Source: Marsupella aquatica (lineage: Eukaryota; Plantae; Marchantiophyta). Taken from it: a DNA stretch of 64,000 bases. Positions 48,501-63,825 of the stretch are shown in pieces (positions within the stretch are counted from its first letter, which is position 1; each line of letters starts with the position of its first letter). The notes under the pieces were generated by a model. It was not told the DNA's origin. It saw only the letters and a list, made by a program, of their open reading frames with translations, and did not search any database. The stretch covers positions 3,051,801 to 3,115,800 of the forward strand of contig OZ316891.1 of the NCBI GenBank assembly GCA_973895155.1. The letters run 5' to 3'. The position numbers were made by a program, and so were the translations under genes.

Positions 48501-51500
48501 GTGTCCCTCAAGATGACCTTCACCACCCTTGGGGCAGCTGACCAAGGGGTGGGTCGGGTGGTCCTGCCCCCCAATCCTACACATGGCCTATATCTACTGC
48601 CAGCCCCTGTGCGTAGCATTTGCCCCGGTCCTCCTCAGGATGGTCAAAGTCACATTGAGGGACCCAAGCCATCTGATCTTGAAATTGGGTGACTGAGATT
48701 ACAACCATTTGATGTGAAGGAGTTTGTTTTTTGCTGCATCTTCTTGTGCTATGTAACAAAATTGTCTAGATATTTTCTTTTTTTGCAAATTAAAGGGGAA
48801 ATTGCCCTTGAGAAAGCACAACAACTGGTTTGTAAAAGGGCAAAAACCCTGGCTGGTTTGATATTTCTATATATTTCTATATCAAGCTTTGCAACACTAC
48901 TACAAGTAACTGTGGGAATAAAATGTAATATTCCTGCCTACGATGGCTTGGAGCAGAACCCATTGCTACCAGAGCTGATGTTGGAGCAAGATTTTGGAGC
49001 CCTGCTGGTCACAGGTAACACCTGGCCACTTGACTACCACCAGGGCCCAGCCAAGTGGTTCAAATTGTCCTAATGTTTTCCAAATGCCTTGTGGATGACA
49101 CTAATGAGACAGCCGGTTTTGTGGATAGGAAGTTGTTGAATGATCAACAGATACTCTGAAGTTTGTGAGTATCACAACATGCTCATTGCAACCTAAGCAG
49201 AATATCACTGAAGGGCCCCAGCTAAAGTTGATGCATCACATCTGGCAAACATTTTGTACCAGCCTTTAGCTAGATGTCTGACCATCATTCAAATGTAGGA
49301 CATCAAACAATTTTTTACCAAAATAGGTAGATCTAAAGATGTAGCCACACATGTACATGGTCGTGCAAGTGCTCTTAGAGATTTATACTAGACAGCCTAG
49401 GACTTGGGTGTAAGTTACTAGCTGATGGTTGTGTTTTGCATAAAAGATGTCAAGGCAAGACAAAGAAATGCAAATGAGACAAGTAAATTATTGAAACATC
49501 TTATGTGCTGTTTTGGCCACTCCTTCATCTTTGCCATGTAATTTTTGTGCCCATGATGTAGTTGCAGCCGTGGTGTCACTGTGAATGGGCTGACAAGTGT
49601 GAATGAGTTGAAAAGTAGAAGTCAATCATATCTAAGATGCCTAGATACAAATATGAGTACAAGTTATTCAATATCCATGAGATGCAAACCTGTGCAAGGG
49701 GTCTACAAAGGAAGATGTAAACCAATTATGCAAGTGCAACAAATCAGATCCCCATTGATAAAAACATATTGTCACTAGGGATACTGTTGCTCCTGCCAAA
49801 CCACTCCTAGTTACCCACACAAGTGGCTTCTCAAAACGACAACGCAATCACCCAAATATCTCTATGGCAAAGGAAAAAAATATTTGAAGGAGCTTGAGTG
49901 CATAGTTGTCCACCTTAGGGGCACCTTACATTAATGTGCTACCATTTTCCTATAGCAATCAGCAAGACACCAGCAAGAATCAACGCTAAGAAGATACTAA
50001 GGGGGCTCTTACAAAAACTAGGGGCAACACTTTTTTCTCCCATATGTGAAGGTGGCTTTTCAAGAGGTTGGGGGCAATTTCAACTGCTCTCTGGTCTCAA
50101 AATGTGAGCAGGGCCATCCATTGGGGAAAAACTGCTACAGATTGCTCACTTTACAAAATATTGGGGGCACATTTTCAATGTAACCTGTTGCTAATCTTAC
50201 ATGGAATGGAGTGAGGCCCAACTTTTGCTTATGTGGAGCACAATTTTGTCCCAGATTTTAGACCACCTCTCTTGGAGGTCTGTTCATTGGGTGCTTGATC
50301 CATTCCTGTTTTGAGTCTTTTACATTAAAAATGGATCCACGTTTACCTCATCAAATCTGCTATTGTCTTAATAATAAAATCCTTAGCCAAAAAATTATTT
50401 GATTTTGAGGTGAAGTGGGTCCTAACTTGTCTCCTAGCAAATTATTCCAGCACCACTTGCTGCAGTTCCCTTATCACAAGACATTGGGGGCTATTAAAAT
50501 TTTCCAACCTCTCCTGTAGCCCATGTACACTATCTTTAGGATGTTAAATGGCTGGTAGATTAGCTTTGATAAGAAAAAAACTCAAACTGCCCCAAGGTTT
50601 TGTGAAGCCACCCACCCTGAGATGCAAACCTTGTCCTTCAAATGGCCACACTTCACTTTAGATGAACTTTGGGCACAATCAATTAAAACCATTGCCCAAC
50701 CGGGACATCTCTCAGTGGACCCCTTTTGTTGATGTGTACATGTTTTTCCCTCAGATACTTACTAGATCTCCTCTTGAAACGAGCAAGGGGGGATTCTATG
50801 GCGTTGTATTTATTATCCCCAGACCTGACACATTTTGGTTCAGGCATTATGACTATGGTGTAGGGAACTGGGATGGAGAGACACTGAAGGGCCCCCACAG
50901 TCTTGTAAAGCCCTCCTAAAATCAATGTCCAAAATTCAACAATCATAAATGTGTAAGCTTAACAACTCAGACCTTGTCTTGGTCTGATATTTAGACAACG
51001 TTGGAGGTGGTATAAAATAGACAAGAGGGCATGACACCTAACGCAAGCAGCAAAAAACCTTGGGCCTCACCGGAGTAAAAAAGGATTGGTAAACTTTGGC
51101 ACCTGCTCTCATTTTGTAAAGTGAACTTTGACAAAAAACCATGAATGTAATTGGAGATTGAGAGATACAAAGAAAAATGCAAACGGTTGCCACCCTTTCT
51201 TTGTACACTGGCCGTTAGCTATATTCTATGTCACTTCTGACCTACAGGCTACTTTGTAATGCCAATTAGATGATGAGTTGGCAACCATCACACTAGCTAA
51301 GATGGCCTGCCCTCCATTACTAAAATCCCCCCCCCCCCTCTCTTCTTTCAGCTGATGGGTTCAACAATAACCAACAACAAAGGGGGCCAAAAAGCTTATT
51401 TCATAGGTGAACTACAAAACTAAACAAATAAAAAGGCGTATGTCATAGTTGAACTATAAAACTCATTCGAGGCAACAAATAAAACACTTTATGTCATAGG

Positions 51501-53184
51501 TGAACCACAAAAGTCATTTGAGGCAACAAATTAATAACTAGAATCAAACAGTTCCAGGAATGACAAGTGGCATTCCGTCCATCATATTGCACCGTGAGAA
51601 CGCTTGCATACTGTACATCACATCAGCGCATATTCAATCCCGTCCCCTTGTTGACGCGGGTTCAAACCCTGCTCGCTCGCCCTTCCACACGAGCAAATAA
51701 TCCGACGAGTTTTGCGAGTGTCCGCTGAGCTTCGAAATCATCCATTTCCGTGGCGTGTGCGCAGCGAAACACCGAGTGAGAAAGAAAGTACTCGGTAAAG
51801 TATAAGTGACGAACATGGGAGGTGAGGCAGAGACGAGCTTCACATCGTATCTTCGCTGTAGCGATGGCGAAGGAAGCATCATCAGTCGTCAATGTGCGAT
51901 CTGCTCTGTTTGGCTCTCGATCGGCCGCGGTACGAAATGCCTACATACGCTTTTACCCCGATTGCCGGATTGTCAGTCAGCGAGTCCGTGAAGCGATTTA
52001 TTGCGGAACGGTGAAAATCTCTTGCTGCGAGTCTTTGTTGTGATGATTGATGACTGAGTTGTGCACGCGTGATTGCCGAAAGGTACAGAGCTGTGGAGTG
52101 GCAGTACCATCCTGTGCGGGTCGAGCCGTCCTGCCTGTCTGTCCGTCTAAAGTCATTCTGACGGACGGACTGACTGACGGACGGCCTGACTGGCACACAA
52201 CGCAGTGAACAATAATTATTATTATGAACGCTGACGAGTGATGGATGATGATGAGTGGTAAGTGCTTTTGTGGTGATGGTGGTGAGTGAGTGCGCACCAG
52301 ATGATGACAGTGAGGCATTGAGTTACTGACTGGCAAATGCAAATTCGTCCCAAAGTTTGTTCTGCGTACAAGTCTTCTTTTGTTCGTCAATCAGGAGTTC
52401 GGAAGTTTGTTCTGCACGTCTGTCGTCTTTTTTTCCCGTTCGGAGTTTTTGCATGTGTCTCTGCTCATTAGCCTTCCTCGTACTGGGCTTCTTTCATCAG
52501 GAGTTATACACGTCCGTGCCAATGCTTCGCACTGTCTGGCGCTGTGCCTCTGACAATTTATTCTTTCTGGCCAGTTGGAATATTATTCTCGGTGAATTGT
52601 AGTTTCTTTACTTCATCGCCTTTGTGTTGTCCTTCCATGCATGCGACTCACTGCAATGTCGACTTTTCAGCACGATTTGTTTAATCAGTGAAGAGCGACT
52701 AGCGGAGGAGGTCGATTTCTGCTCCAAGCTCGGCGAGACTAGGCCCTGGATTGTGCATTGCAGTGGCGTTCTGAAGGTGTGGAGTGCGGGGTAGGAGGGC
52801 AGGACGGCATGCAGGGAGGGAGGCAGGAGGGACGCAGGAGGGATGGAGGGATGCAGGGAGCAGATTGCCTGAGCAGGAGTAGAAGCAATTGGCTTTTTTA
52901 CTCGATAGTATCCCCTGGGTGACAGGAACAGCGTCAGTTTTTCTGCGCACGTCCTCTTCCTCCCTTTGCTGCGATGGAGGAGTGTCCTGTACTGGTCGCG
53001 GATGGGCAGGGTTAAGGAGGTGTCAATTGAGGGGCAGTCGGCCAGGATAGAAGACTACTACACATGTTCAATCCTCTTCACTGAATCGGATTCTGCCGCC
53101 GCTTGACTCTTGAAAATCATTAGTGCCGCTGCTCCCTTCTCTCTCTACTTTACAGGCACACAGAGTTCGTGCTCTAGCAACAAG

Positions 53185-56100
53185 ATGGGGATTATTTCCA
53201 GAAGAGTGCTTCCGGCATGCGGCAATCTCTGCATTTGCTGCCCGGAGCTCCGGGCACGATCCCGGCAACCTGTCAAGCGTTATAAGAAGCTTCTTTCGGA
53301 CATCTTCCCGAAGTCTCAGGTTGCTTTTGCCTTGCTTTTTTGCGCTCGAGGTTTCTCGTCCCAATTTGTTTGGTTTTTGAAGTGTTTCAACCGACCTGTA
53401 CGTCCTTTGTTTGACGGGACTGGTGTGAAACATGAATCTGCTCACCTGAAATTTTATGAGAGCTCATAGATTTGATTGCTCAAGGCGCCCCTTTTTAGGC
53501 CATAATCAATCAACAGGTTTAGTACATTCAGCGATTGGGAGGGTCACTTCTCTTGCATATGACGACTTCAAATTTTTGTCTTCATGATTGCGGTTGCCAA
53601 GGATTCTGACTTGGCTTAATTGCGTTCGTTGTGATATACGAGTGTTGCAGGAGGAGCTACCAAATGATCGCAAAATTGGAAAGCTCACTGAATATGCCTC
53701 TAAGAATCCATTACGTATCCCTAAGGTGCCTTGTCTTCCATCCCTGTTCATCATTGGAAGGTGCCATTTTCAAATTTGAAAAAATTTCGGCTCTCGTGGA
53801 TATTTGCAGTCGGGGCGAGACTGGGCAGATTGGAGGAAAATAGAGTCATATGATTTTGACCTTAAGAAACGTGCGGGACGTGGCATCGTCGTAGTCAGTG
53901 TATCTCCCACGGTAGAGATAGCAGCAGCAAGTTAGCACTTGGCTTATCTTCTGTTCCTTGCAACCGTGCATGCTCCGCATCGATGGGGTGCCGATTTGGA
54001 AGTTGAAATGTCCGACAATGTACCTGCTGTCCTACTCGTGGCAGGCGCTCAATGTTGAGTTATTATTTTTACACGGCGGTTGTCGATGGTTTTCATCGCA
54101 ATCGCCTTGTTCCTAAGTTTCTCTTGGAAGATCATACAGAGCAGATTGGAAGTGCGTACAGGGTGATAGTACGAGTGTGACAATCTGACGGACGTCATCT
54201 TTGGAGACCCGACATTGGAGTGTGAATGACATACTTGAAGTCCAGATTTGAGTCCGGCATTGAGTTAGGACTGGGTGGCCTGTGAGGCTTTGCTTGATGG
54301 TGTGTGTTCTCAAGCTGCATTGTCTTTAGAATCTGAACTGGAGTCTTCGTTGTGCAGATTGCAAGTAGCCTCGAGCAACGTGGTTACAAAGCCTTGAGAA
54401 ACGAGCGATATTCTCCGTTGAGGGTTGTCATGCGAACCTATAGCAAGCTCCTTTCATCCTGCCGGGATCAAATGTAAGTCGCGTACAGAAAGGATCCGCG
54501 CTTGCGGGGACACTCTCATTGGTCAGCTGTGGAAACTATAATACTCTGAAGGTTGTTAGTTTGGACGGCCTGCCTACTGGTTGTTCTTCTAGCGGGTACA
54601 CGGAACTAGGAAATTATGGAGGGGCGGTATGGAAGCTTGGATCAACCTTCTATCCTCGTGTGGCACCGTGAGGGTGTGGTCACCATGGGGTCAATTTACA
54701 GTCCGAAGGCTCTGGTCATGACTCTCCTATGTAACCAGGGCAACGGAGGCAAAATGTAGCGTGAGACTTTAATCAGGCACTGTGAGTCAGTGGGAAACTT
54801 TGGCACTGCTGCATAGGTCAAACGCATAGCACAGCCTTGTTGACTGTGAATTGTAGAAAGCAGTAATGGCTTTCGTTGCATACCAAGCAGGAAATCTTAG
54901 TGAAAGAGGACCTATAACGTAGCATTCTTCGATCATCGCATGATGTCGGGATGTTAAAGAATAAACACGGAAGGGAATTTGGTTTTGAAGTTCTTTGATA
55001 AGGATTTCTGTGATCCAATACTGATGAGTCTCACGCATCATTCGGGGTTTGGCCCGTTAGTTGCAGTTCATAGTTTGCATTGCGCTGGGACTGCCCGTGA
55101 TTCGATGTGCTACGCAGTGTTGGGGCACTTCGTCAACTTTTAGACTGCATGGCGTGCCCCTGCTTGGTAGTGGCATCCTTCTTGTGGCCCACACATTCTG
55201 TGCTCGCGTAGGTGAAAGATTAGCGTCGGTGACCTTGGAAGAACTCCAATTGTCTGGACAAGTGGGTTGATTGGACTCGTGTACATCCTTCATACTACAG
55301 CGCCATTCACCGTCTGGTGCACGTCAAATGGTCTTGTTATAGGCTGGAAGGATATCACAGTACTCTAGTACGCTTTCCCCGAGTGGCAAATTGGTGAACT
55401 GACAACACGCTGTTGTTTCGAACTGCAGGCCACTATTTGCAACTAGCGCGCTATCTATGATTCGTGTTCTTCTAGACAATGGACGAAACGATGCCATGCA
55501 AGTTCTTGCATGTGCGACTCTGATTGATTTCCTCAACAACCAGGTAAGGTTTTTAGGAGTATGAATTGGTGTCGACCTCATTGTCCAAAAGGCTGGTTGC
55601 TGAAGATGTTGAGCAATGTAGGAAACAGCGTGCATCTCTCAGTGGCATCCTGCTCCATGTCGATCCATTTGTTTTTACCCCATGTATGAGGAAGCAGTGT
55701 TTCTTGGATTCCGATGCAGCGACTCAACAATGTGACAAAGCTTTTCGCTTTTACCCTTACTGCCAACGTTTGTTCCAAAATTAGACTGCGTCATGCTATC
55801 TTAGTATTCAAGGAGAAGCCAAAATTAAGCTTTCTAAGGCTTTTCATTTCGTGAACAATCTGGTAAAAGATGCATATGTGATCTTCGTCACCACAACCCC
55901 AACCTCAACCTCACGCAGTCGGGTCGTTGGATGTTAGGACGAGACAGACAGTGGAACTTTCGGATTATATGGAGAATAGCCTTAAGCAATTGAAAATTCT
56001 GTAACAGTGTATCATATTTGTCCAAGCTGCTATGCCTTGGAATTTTTCCTTCCATTGCTTCTTGTACCATGTTAAATGTGGATGACAAACCATATTGACT

Positions 56101-59100
56101 ATGGCATCCTTTATGTAGTTGGTCTGTAGTTATTTGCAAAACGTTTTTCCTCCACTTCTTTTTTCATTCATTATACAGTGCCCATGGACTGTGGAGTAGA
56201 TGGATTCTACTTATACGCGAGATTTGGATGCACTACTTCCGAAGCTGTGTGCTCTAAGTAAGGAGACGGGTGAAGAGAATAGGCGCTTACGTTTACGTGC
56301 TGCTGGTTTGCAAGCACTAGCATCTGTGGTAATTTCAAACTTTTTTTTTTCTTCAACCTTTACCTTTGCATAGATCTCGATCTTTCCGGTACTGAAAATT
56401 TGGTACTGGTGCCAGTGCCAAAAGGTTTGAGGAGGAATGTGGAAACTCGAGTTGTCTTCTCGGTCGTATTAATTCTTGATGGTGTGTTTCGGTGAAAGCA
56501 GATTATTTTCTTGGGCAAGTACTCTCATATACCTCCGGAGTTTGATGATGTGAGTAGCTATTGCAACTTTTCTTCATTTTAATCCAAACCAGTTCTTGGT
56601 GTCATTGGAATATGATTTTCAGATGCTTTTCTTCCCATCGACTGGCAAGTCTACTGTCGATCGAGGTATCCTCAGGAGAGTCATTAGTCTAGCTATCCTA
56701 AAACTGGCAGCATAAAGTTGGACCTCGTACGGTCTAATGTTCGGTTCGACCTGCAGGTTGTTGCAGCTGTATTGGAAAACTATGAGATTTCTCGACCTGC
56801 TCAGGAGGTGGAGATCCAGGATAGGGAAGAAAGACATAGTAACAGGGCTAACGGGATATGCAGAGGGGAGGGCCGTGGTCCTGTAGCTGTTATGAGAGGG
56901 GCAGTCACAAAATTACGGTTGCACAAGGACAAAATCAACCATAGAGATCCTTCCAACCTGACAAGGTGTGGCCATCTGCTCCTGGGCTACGTTCCATGGA
57001 CATGTTCATCTGTCATGGCAATGGTGTCTTGCTTTATTGTGGGCTTTGAGGTGGTTTGGCAGTGATTCCTAGATGCAGTTGTTTCTGCTCAAACTGAAGA
57101 TCTTGTTCAATCATGATTTGTAGTTCTCTGATGGGTCGTGTATAGAATGGAGACAGAGACGCCAATGGTTTGGTCCCAACTATGTATTCAAAATATGGCT
57201 CGCCTCGCAAAAGAAGCCTCCACTGTAAGGAGAGTTTTGGAACCTATGTTTCGGTATTTTGACAAGGAGAAGGTTTGGCCACCAGAAAAGCTAGCCATCA
57301 AAGTGCTCCGTGACCTGCAACATTATATGGAGAAATCAGGTCGTGTACCCTACCTACGGTTTTGTCCCTTTGCACGCATCTATGCCCAAGACCTTATTCG
57401 AATCCAACTCGGGTTAGAATTGTGGTTGGCATTTAGTTCAGGGAAGCTTGAGCAGGACGAAAAAAAGGCGACATTGTGATAGACGTTATTGCGGAGCAGC
57501 CTCTAGTTACAATTGTGTAAATACATGGGAGCAGCAGGCTACATTGTGATAGATCCAATTTCTTTTCTTCCTCCAGTTTCCAAGCTCCCCTTTACTCCTG
57601 AGACACAAAGCCAGAATTTCCTTCGGTGGAGCTCAATGAAATTGGAGATGCGTTTGTAGTCTTACGTGCACCCTCTAAAGTGGTTGAAGCTCTGGGTTAA
57701 CTAATAAAGTTCAGAATTTCCTCACAGACAGTAAATGCGCCTGGTGGGGTAGATTCAAGAAATGATGAGCTGATCTTTGTTTTCTTTTGCATTAATGCAG
57801 GAAATGAGCAGTTATCATTGCCAGCTCTAGTGCGACATCTTGATCACAGCACGGTGATTGACAATCCTGAATTGAAGACAAGTATAGTGGAGGTCATAGT
57901 TCACTTGACGCGCCAGTCCAAAGTGAGAGCCACTGTTGCAGTTGTTGGAGTTATGAGTGACTTAATCAGGCACCTCCGGAGAAGCATGGAGTGTTCTGTA
58001 GACGCTTCGAAGCTTGCGAAAGTTGAGACTCTCAAGCTTCATAAAGGTCTTCAGCATGCTCTGGAAGAGTGTTTAATAGAACTTGCAAAAAGGGTACTAC
58101 AAACTCACCATCCATTGTTGTTGTTTTGCCGCAATGAATTTGCATAATTCTGTGATCATCCAAGTAACGTGATTGGACGTGCTATTCACGGTTGTTGATA
58201 ATTCTAGTCTTTTCGGCCAATCTCATTTCTCTAAAAGGGATAACTGCATTCTAGTTTGATTTTAGGACAATGTTCCCGGCGTCGCTCATTCGAACCCTCG
58301 AAGTCGCACTTGAATGCTTTTGTAACTTTTGTGCCGTAAACTCTTTATGCTCACATCAGGTAGTGGATGCCGCCCCACTTTTTGACATGATGGCAACTAA
58401 TTTGGAGAAACTACCAGCTAATCCTGTCATAGCCAGAACCACGACCGAGGCTGTTTGTGTGTTGGCTCACTGTCTGGCTTATGTTCCAGACCAATCTGTT
58501 GCTCGACAGGTGCATATCATTCACGTCTTTATCCCCCGATTAGATGTGGTTTCTTTAAGGTTCTTTTACTTTCATCTCTTCGTATCACGTTCTAATTAGT
58601 AGGCACCGTGTCTGAGGATATTGTCGACAGTGTAAAAGTTATGCCCTGGTATGTGTAGCAGGTTTTGCCAGAGGGCTTATTTCAAGAACTGCTCCAAGGA
58701 ATGGTCCATCCTGATGTTGAGACACGTGTGACGATAAACCATATCTTTGCGCTCCTTCTGGTACCGTCATCTTTGATTTCCAACTCGGAGAACTTGGAAG
58801 CCCCCCAAAGCCGACCTGAGACCAGCTCACTGTTATCAAAGTCGTCTTCTGCATTTAGTTCTGCAGCAGCTTTGTTCGAAAGATTGGAAAAAGAAAAATG
58901 TGGATTTGCAGAGAGGAATATGTGTTTCGACAATAGTAGGCGTGAAAATATCAAGGAAAATGTGAATGGGATAGAGATGATAGTGATGGGTGCTGCTAGA
59001 AATGAGGATGAAGGAATTACATATTCTTCAAGTCCTAGCCCGAGCCACGGGACCAGAGCTTCCGAGGTACAATCCACGGATAGATTCACGGCACCATCGA

Positions 59101-62054
59101 GGAGTCCTTCAAACAGCACAAAGGATTTTGTAAGTACGGACTCCTTAGCTCACTAGTCTATGGGAGGTCTTGTAACTTTGTTGTCTTAAATATATGTCCA
59201 TCTTCATTATCCAAGCCGGATTGATTGTCAGAAGGTGGAAAACTGCAGAAACCTTGAGGCTCCATGTCTGGCGTCTTCTGTTACGATTTTGTATAAGTAG
59301 CGTTATTCGTCATTTTTATGAGAGTTTGTTTAGATCGATCAAGAGTACCAAGTTCGAATTTCGTTGACCTAATGTCTCGTTGGCAGGATCCGAGTGTAGT
59401 AAGGTTAAGTGGGCACCAAGCAGCCCTTCTCCTGTCAAGGCTGTGGATTCAAGCAATCTTACCTGATAACGTGCCTTCCAGCTATGAAGCTATTGCCAAC
59501 ACTTATATTTTGACTCTACTCTTTTCTCGAGCAAAGGTGTGCACTTAGTTGCTAAGGAAGGATACGACTTTCTAAATATTTATCACTGGGCTATCTTCTA
59601 AAGCGCCGTTGCTATCTTTTTTTTAGATCAGTGGGTCGTGAAGAAACAAGGACAAGCTTTTCAATACTAGTGTACTTGCTCTTATAGCACATATCAGCTG
59701 TTGTTAGTATCGCAGATGTGATGATTTTGTTGCGCCCATAATAACATGGTTTTGCGGGTCTAGAATCAATTTGTTAAATGACACCTTTCGTACTATGCAT
59801 GATGGATGCAGACCTCCAGCCATAAAACAGTTATACGGGCTTTCCAACTGGCCCTATCTCTCAGGAGCTTGGCAATCGATCCAAATTGTAAGCTAAACCA
59901 ACCGACTTCGTAAACAGCAAAGCTACTTTTTAATCGTGGTGTGATGGTGTTCAACAGCTAGAGTCTTATGTAATTCTAGCCTCCATAGTTCTGTCTCTTG
60001 ACGATAGTTCCTCAGATCCATTGTTAAGATGTCTCACGGTGTTGACGGAAACTGTATTGTAGGTAAGTGTGGGAGGCTTTAAGCTACTCACCAGCTTCAA
60101 TCATCAAATCTAAATTACCTTTCATAAAGACAATTGCAGTCTTATTTTCAAATAAACCGTTTTTCACTTGTACTGTTTCTTATAAAGATGTGTTTGCTGT
60201 CTTTAGATGCTGGCGTCCAGCTGCCTCCATCCAGGCGAAGATCTGTGTTCACACTGTCAACCGCAATGCTTGTTTTTGCTGGCAGGGCTTATGGTGTCCC
60301 ACAGCTTGGTACTGTGGTCAAGGCATCTCTCACAAATGCTTTAGTAAGATTGAGCAGATTTCCTTCCTATTATTTTCGTTCATCTTTCGAGCTTGCATTT
60401 TGTATGCCTTACTCGTTTCTACGGTTGAAAGTGGACCTTCAAAGTTGATCTTTTCACCCTTGCCAAAGTCTAACGCTCTCATCGTGTGACTACTCATGTG
60501 CAGAAGGACCCTTACTTGGAGTTGGCAGATGACATTAGATTGAAAATTGTCAACTCTTCTGTTGGTTATGTGAATGTCAAGGACTATGGCTCAACTGCTG
60601 ATGATCGTGATGCGTATAAGTCTTTTTTGGGCATTTCTGTATCAGAGGAGCAAACGCCTGAAGCGTTAGCTGCCCTCATTGTTGGAAGCTCTTCAGTTTT
60701 AGGGGTGAGTAGACCAGGAGTCTTCGGCTTCATCTAGCTTGCGCATCCGCAAACAGCTAACAAATTCAAAGTTATTTGTCAGAGGATGCACGGGCAACCT
60801 CTCTGCATTTCCTGGCGTCGCGTACCATTCAATCATTGCCATCTTTTGGGCTTGTTCGTGTCATCTGAGGGTCGCGCAATTACGCAATGATTTTTGCAGC
60901 CCGAAGATTTCGCTGTTGCCGATCAGATGCTGCAAAATTTTCCTGCTGAGAATAGATTTCGGCCTGGATCACAATCATATCCTGAGACGTTCTTCTCTAG
61001 CGAGTCCCCACTTGCGTTGAGAGATTCTGTGTCATTTGATGAGGTTCGTTCCGCCCAGTTAATCTTCCTCTTCGTTGCTTGTGTATCAATGTTGTCAATT
61101 ACTGGGCAGTGTGGCTTCTCAGTGCTAGCATTTCTCGATGTGGAGTGGACATACCACGCACTACCGAGAGAGCTGAGGATTTTCTGACAAGATTCGCTCA
61201 CTATCTCGGAAACTATCCAACTGCAGGAATTACACCGTACAAATAGCTCACTGGATGACAACCTCACGGCTGAAACTGGTGGAGCGGAGCTGCCTAGGCT
61301 TCTTGCAAACTTTTGTGCTCCTCCACTGACAACACATGCAATCAGCGTTTCTCAGCTACTGGAAGCGGTGGGATGTTTTTTTGCGCTTTTACTGTTTGTC
61401 CCGTTGCTTCCATTCTTCCTGTCAGCGAGTTTCTTTTCTGACTTCTCAACTCTTCGATGTCATGTTTTGACTTCAGGCCATTGTAACGGGCCAGCGGGTA
61501 ACCACGTCAATGACAGACGTCCCGCTACCATACAATGCCATGGCCAACCAGTGTGAAGCCTTCGGAACTGACTATCGGAAGAAGTTATCTTCGGTATTGA
61601 AATTAGGTGGCCAATACGGCACACTAGTACTCACATTTCCAGAGAAGGATTTCTGGCCATGCTCAGATACAAATGAGAAACAGCAGCATGGTCAGTTTAG
61701 AGAGGTATACTTCTGTTTTGAACTTGCGCGCTATGCAGTTGTATGGGGAGAAATTGCGGTTAGAGGTAAATGCAAGACACTTATTTGGGAAGTGTGGGTT
61801 GGGTCTCTTATTACATGGAGCTGATGATTTCGATGGGCGAGTAGTGTTCCTTAAGTTTGTATGATCATCTCTTTCATTGTTCAGTCATTATGATCCAATC
61901 TGGAAGGATTTTTCTAAAGAAGGCCAGATCCATTAGAGCATAATAAGAAAGTGCTATTTCTGGGCTTACAGCTGCTCCTATTCAACTATGGCAGGTGGTC
62001 CGGCTCCCGCCGGCTAGTCCTTACGACAACTTTTTAAAGGCTGCCGGCTGCTAG
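53185..62054 (+). CDS. EFR3: EFR3-like ARM-repeat protein (plant EFOP / SEMI-ROLLED LEAF 2 family, PI4-kinase membrane scaffold); ~19 exons
   Basis: N-terminus MGIISRRVLPACGNLCICCPELRARSRQPVKRYKKLLSDIFP; NDRKIGKLTEYASKNPLRIPK; LAKEASTVRRVLEPMFRYFD; PEGLFQELLQGMVHPDVETR; C-terminus RLPPASPYDNFLKAAGC. GT-AG exons traced (e.g. 53185-53319, 53651-53725, 54358-54473, 55429-55543, last 61972-62054). Confidence 0.93.
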
Positions 62055-63360
62055 AAGTGCTGATTACATTGTCTAGACCATTGACCGATGAGTGACTTCC
62101 GCAGCGATGACTTATGCTGCAGTGGATGGCCAGCATAGAACCTGCGTGACACTGGTGAGCTCTGCCCCTGAGGTACTCTGAGTTTTCATGCTTTGGTCAT
62201 AACATTTATTGTGAAGATTTGCCTATGACAATGTTGAAGCCAACATTTATGTGAGTTTCCTGTCCACTGAGAAGCGAATCACAAGAGGCAGATATTCTTT
62301 TGCAGGAATATTGTGCGAGACTCCCGACACTGCCGAATAATGTGCGACGAAGTTTGTCTAGTCTTGTGGTCCCTTTCGCGATATAACACTACAATTTCAA
62401 TCAAGGCCGACATGAAATTATCAAACTCATTCAATTGAATGTATATTAGAGAGCAGAGGTTACAATAAAACACGCACCTGAGTAAATTTATGAGGGTATA
62501 CCATTAGTCTACCCGGTAGAGACTGTATAGTAAAGTTTTTCAAGTAGGAAAAACTGCTGCGGATATGGTCGTTGGCGTGTCATTCTTTGTAGATAATTTA
62601 CTCTTTTTGTACTAAATATTTATTTCAGTGTCCTATGAGAGTATGGCAGTGACACAACTTTGAGAAAGTTACATTATACGTTAGAGGAGCGGGTCGAAAG
62701 TTAGAAACTTGGCAACACACGTCAGCCTGTTTGCTAACTGGAGACCACCTTGCGGTGCGGGTGTTGAGATTATAATCGATCAGTATGATTTCTAGAAACT
62801 TTTACAAGTTGTAAAGGAAGCAACGTTGTGGGCGTGCTGTCATTGGTTGAAGCTCTTCAAGATAGCCCCAAGCGAAATTCAATAGCCTCACTGAGTTGAT
62901 CATATGATTGATTTGTATGAGCGCAGTGAAGTTATGTTAACTATCTGTTAATCACCATGGTAAGTTGACCATTTCACCATTATATCCAACAGACATTGCA
63001 TGTGTCTTGCTGAGATGTGTCTCGTTGAGATATTTGAGATGTTCTCAAATATTTCCTGACACCAATCTTATCAAGTGAGTTCTGTCTGCAAGTTGCAGTT
63101 GTCAGTCATGCTGCAACAGAACTGACATGGATATTTGGGCACTTTTGCTAATCCTGCTGTGGATTGCTAGTTGTTCGAGATGTTGTTTTTTGCAAAGCTG
63201 AGCAGAAAAAATGTGAAGCTAACGAAGGTGTGAAGCTGGATCTCGACGGCTCAGAGGTACTTTGGCTTGCTTCCGAAATTTCCGTGGTTGATCTCACGAG
63301 CATTAGAAGTGACCTGGACCCTGCAGTGGGAGGTGAGCCTAAGAAATGGAACCGAATTGG

Positions 63361-63458
63361 CTGAATTGACTCCTATAATGGCCGAATTGACTCCTATAAT
63401 ACACAGTTGCTGAATTGACTCCTATAATGGCCGAATTGATTCCTATAATACACAGTTG
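63361..63458. repeat. Tandem duplication of a ~49-bp unit built from GAATTGACTCCTATAAT subunits
   Basis: CTGAATTGACTCCTATAATGGCCGAATTGA(C/T)TCCTATAATACACAGTTG occurs twice. Confidence 0.85.
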
Positions 63459-63614
63459 CGCCACTTTTGAAGTGGTTGTCATTCAAATTTGGAGAGGCTT
63501 TTTGAGTGAAAAAAAAGTGAAATGTAAAAAGAGAAACCAATAAGAGAAGAGAAAGTAATAAGAGAAAATAATTATGTTTTGTGTGAACATGCTTTTCCAA
63601 GCAGGACAAAGTAT

Positions 63615-63825
63615 TTCACTTTACCATCCATGCTACCCCATGCTCCTCCCTATACCATCCATGCCAATCATGCATACAAAGTGCTCTTCCCTCTACCATC
63701 CATGCCATATCATCCATGCAAAGGAAGTCCTCCCTTTACCATCCATGCCAATCATGCATACACAGTGCTCCTCCCTCTACCATCCATGCCATACTATGCC
63801 CCATGCCATATCATCCATGCAAAGA
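63615..63825. repeat. Minisatellite-like TACCATCCATGCCA repeats
   Basis: At least 5 copies of TACCATCCATGC with a higher-order ~85-bp duplication. Confidence 0.8.

Noticed and set aside
63361-63825. Short repeats with spacers resembling a CRISPR array
   Set aside because: Spacers are themselves duplicated, no cas genes are present, and the context is eukaryotic; these are ordinary minisatellites (same for 38268-38520)
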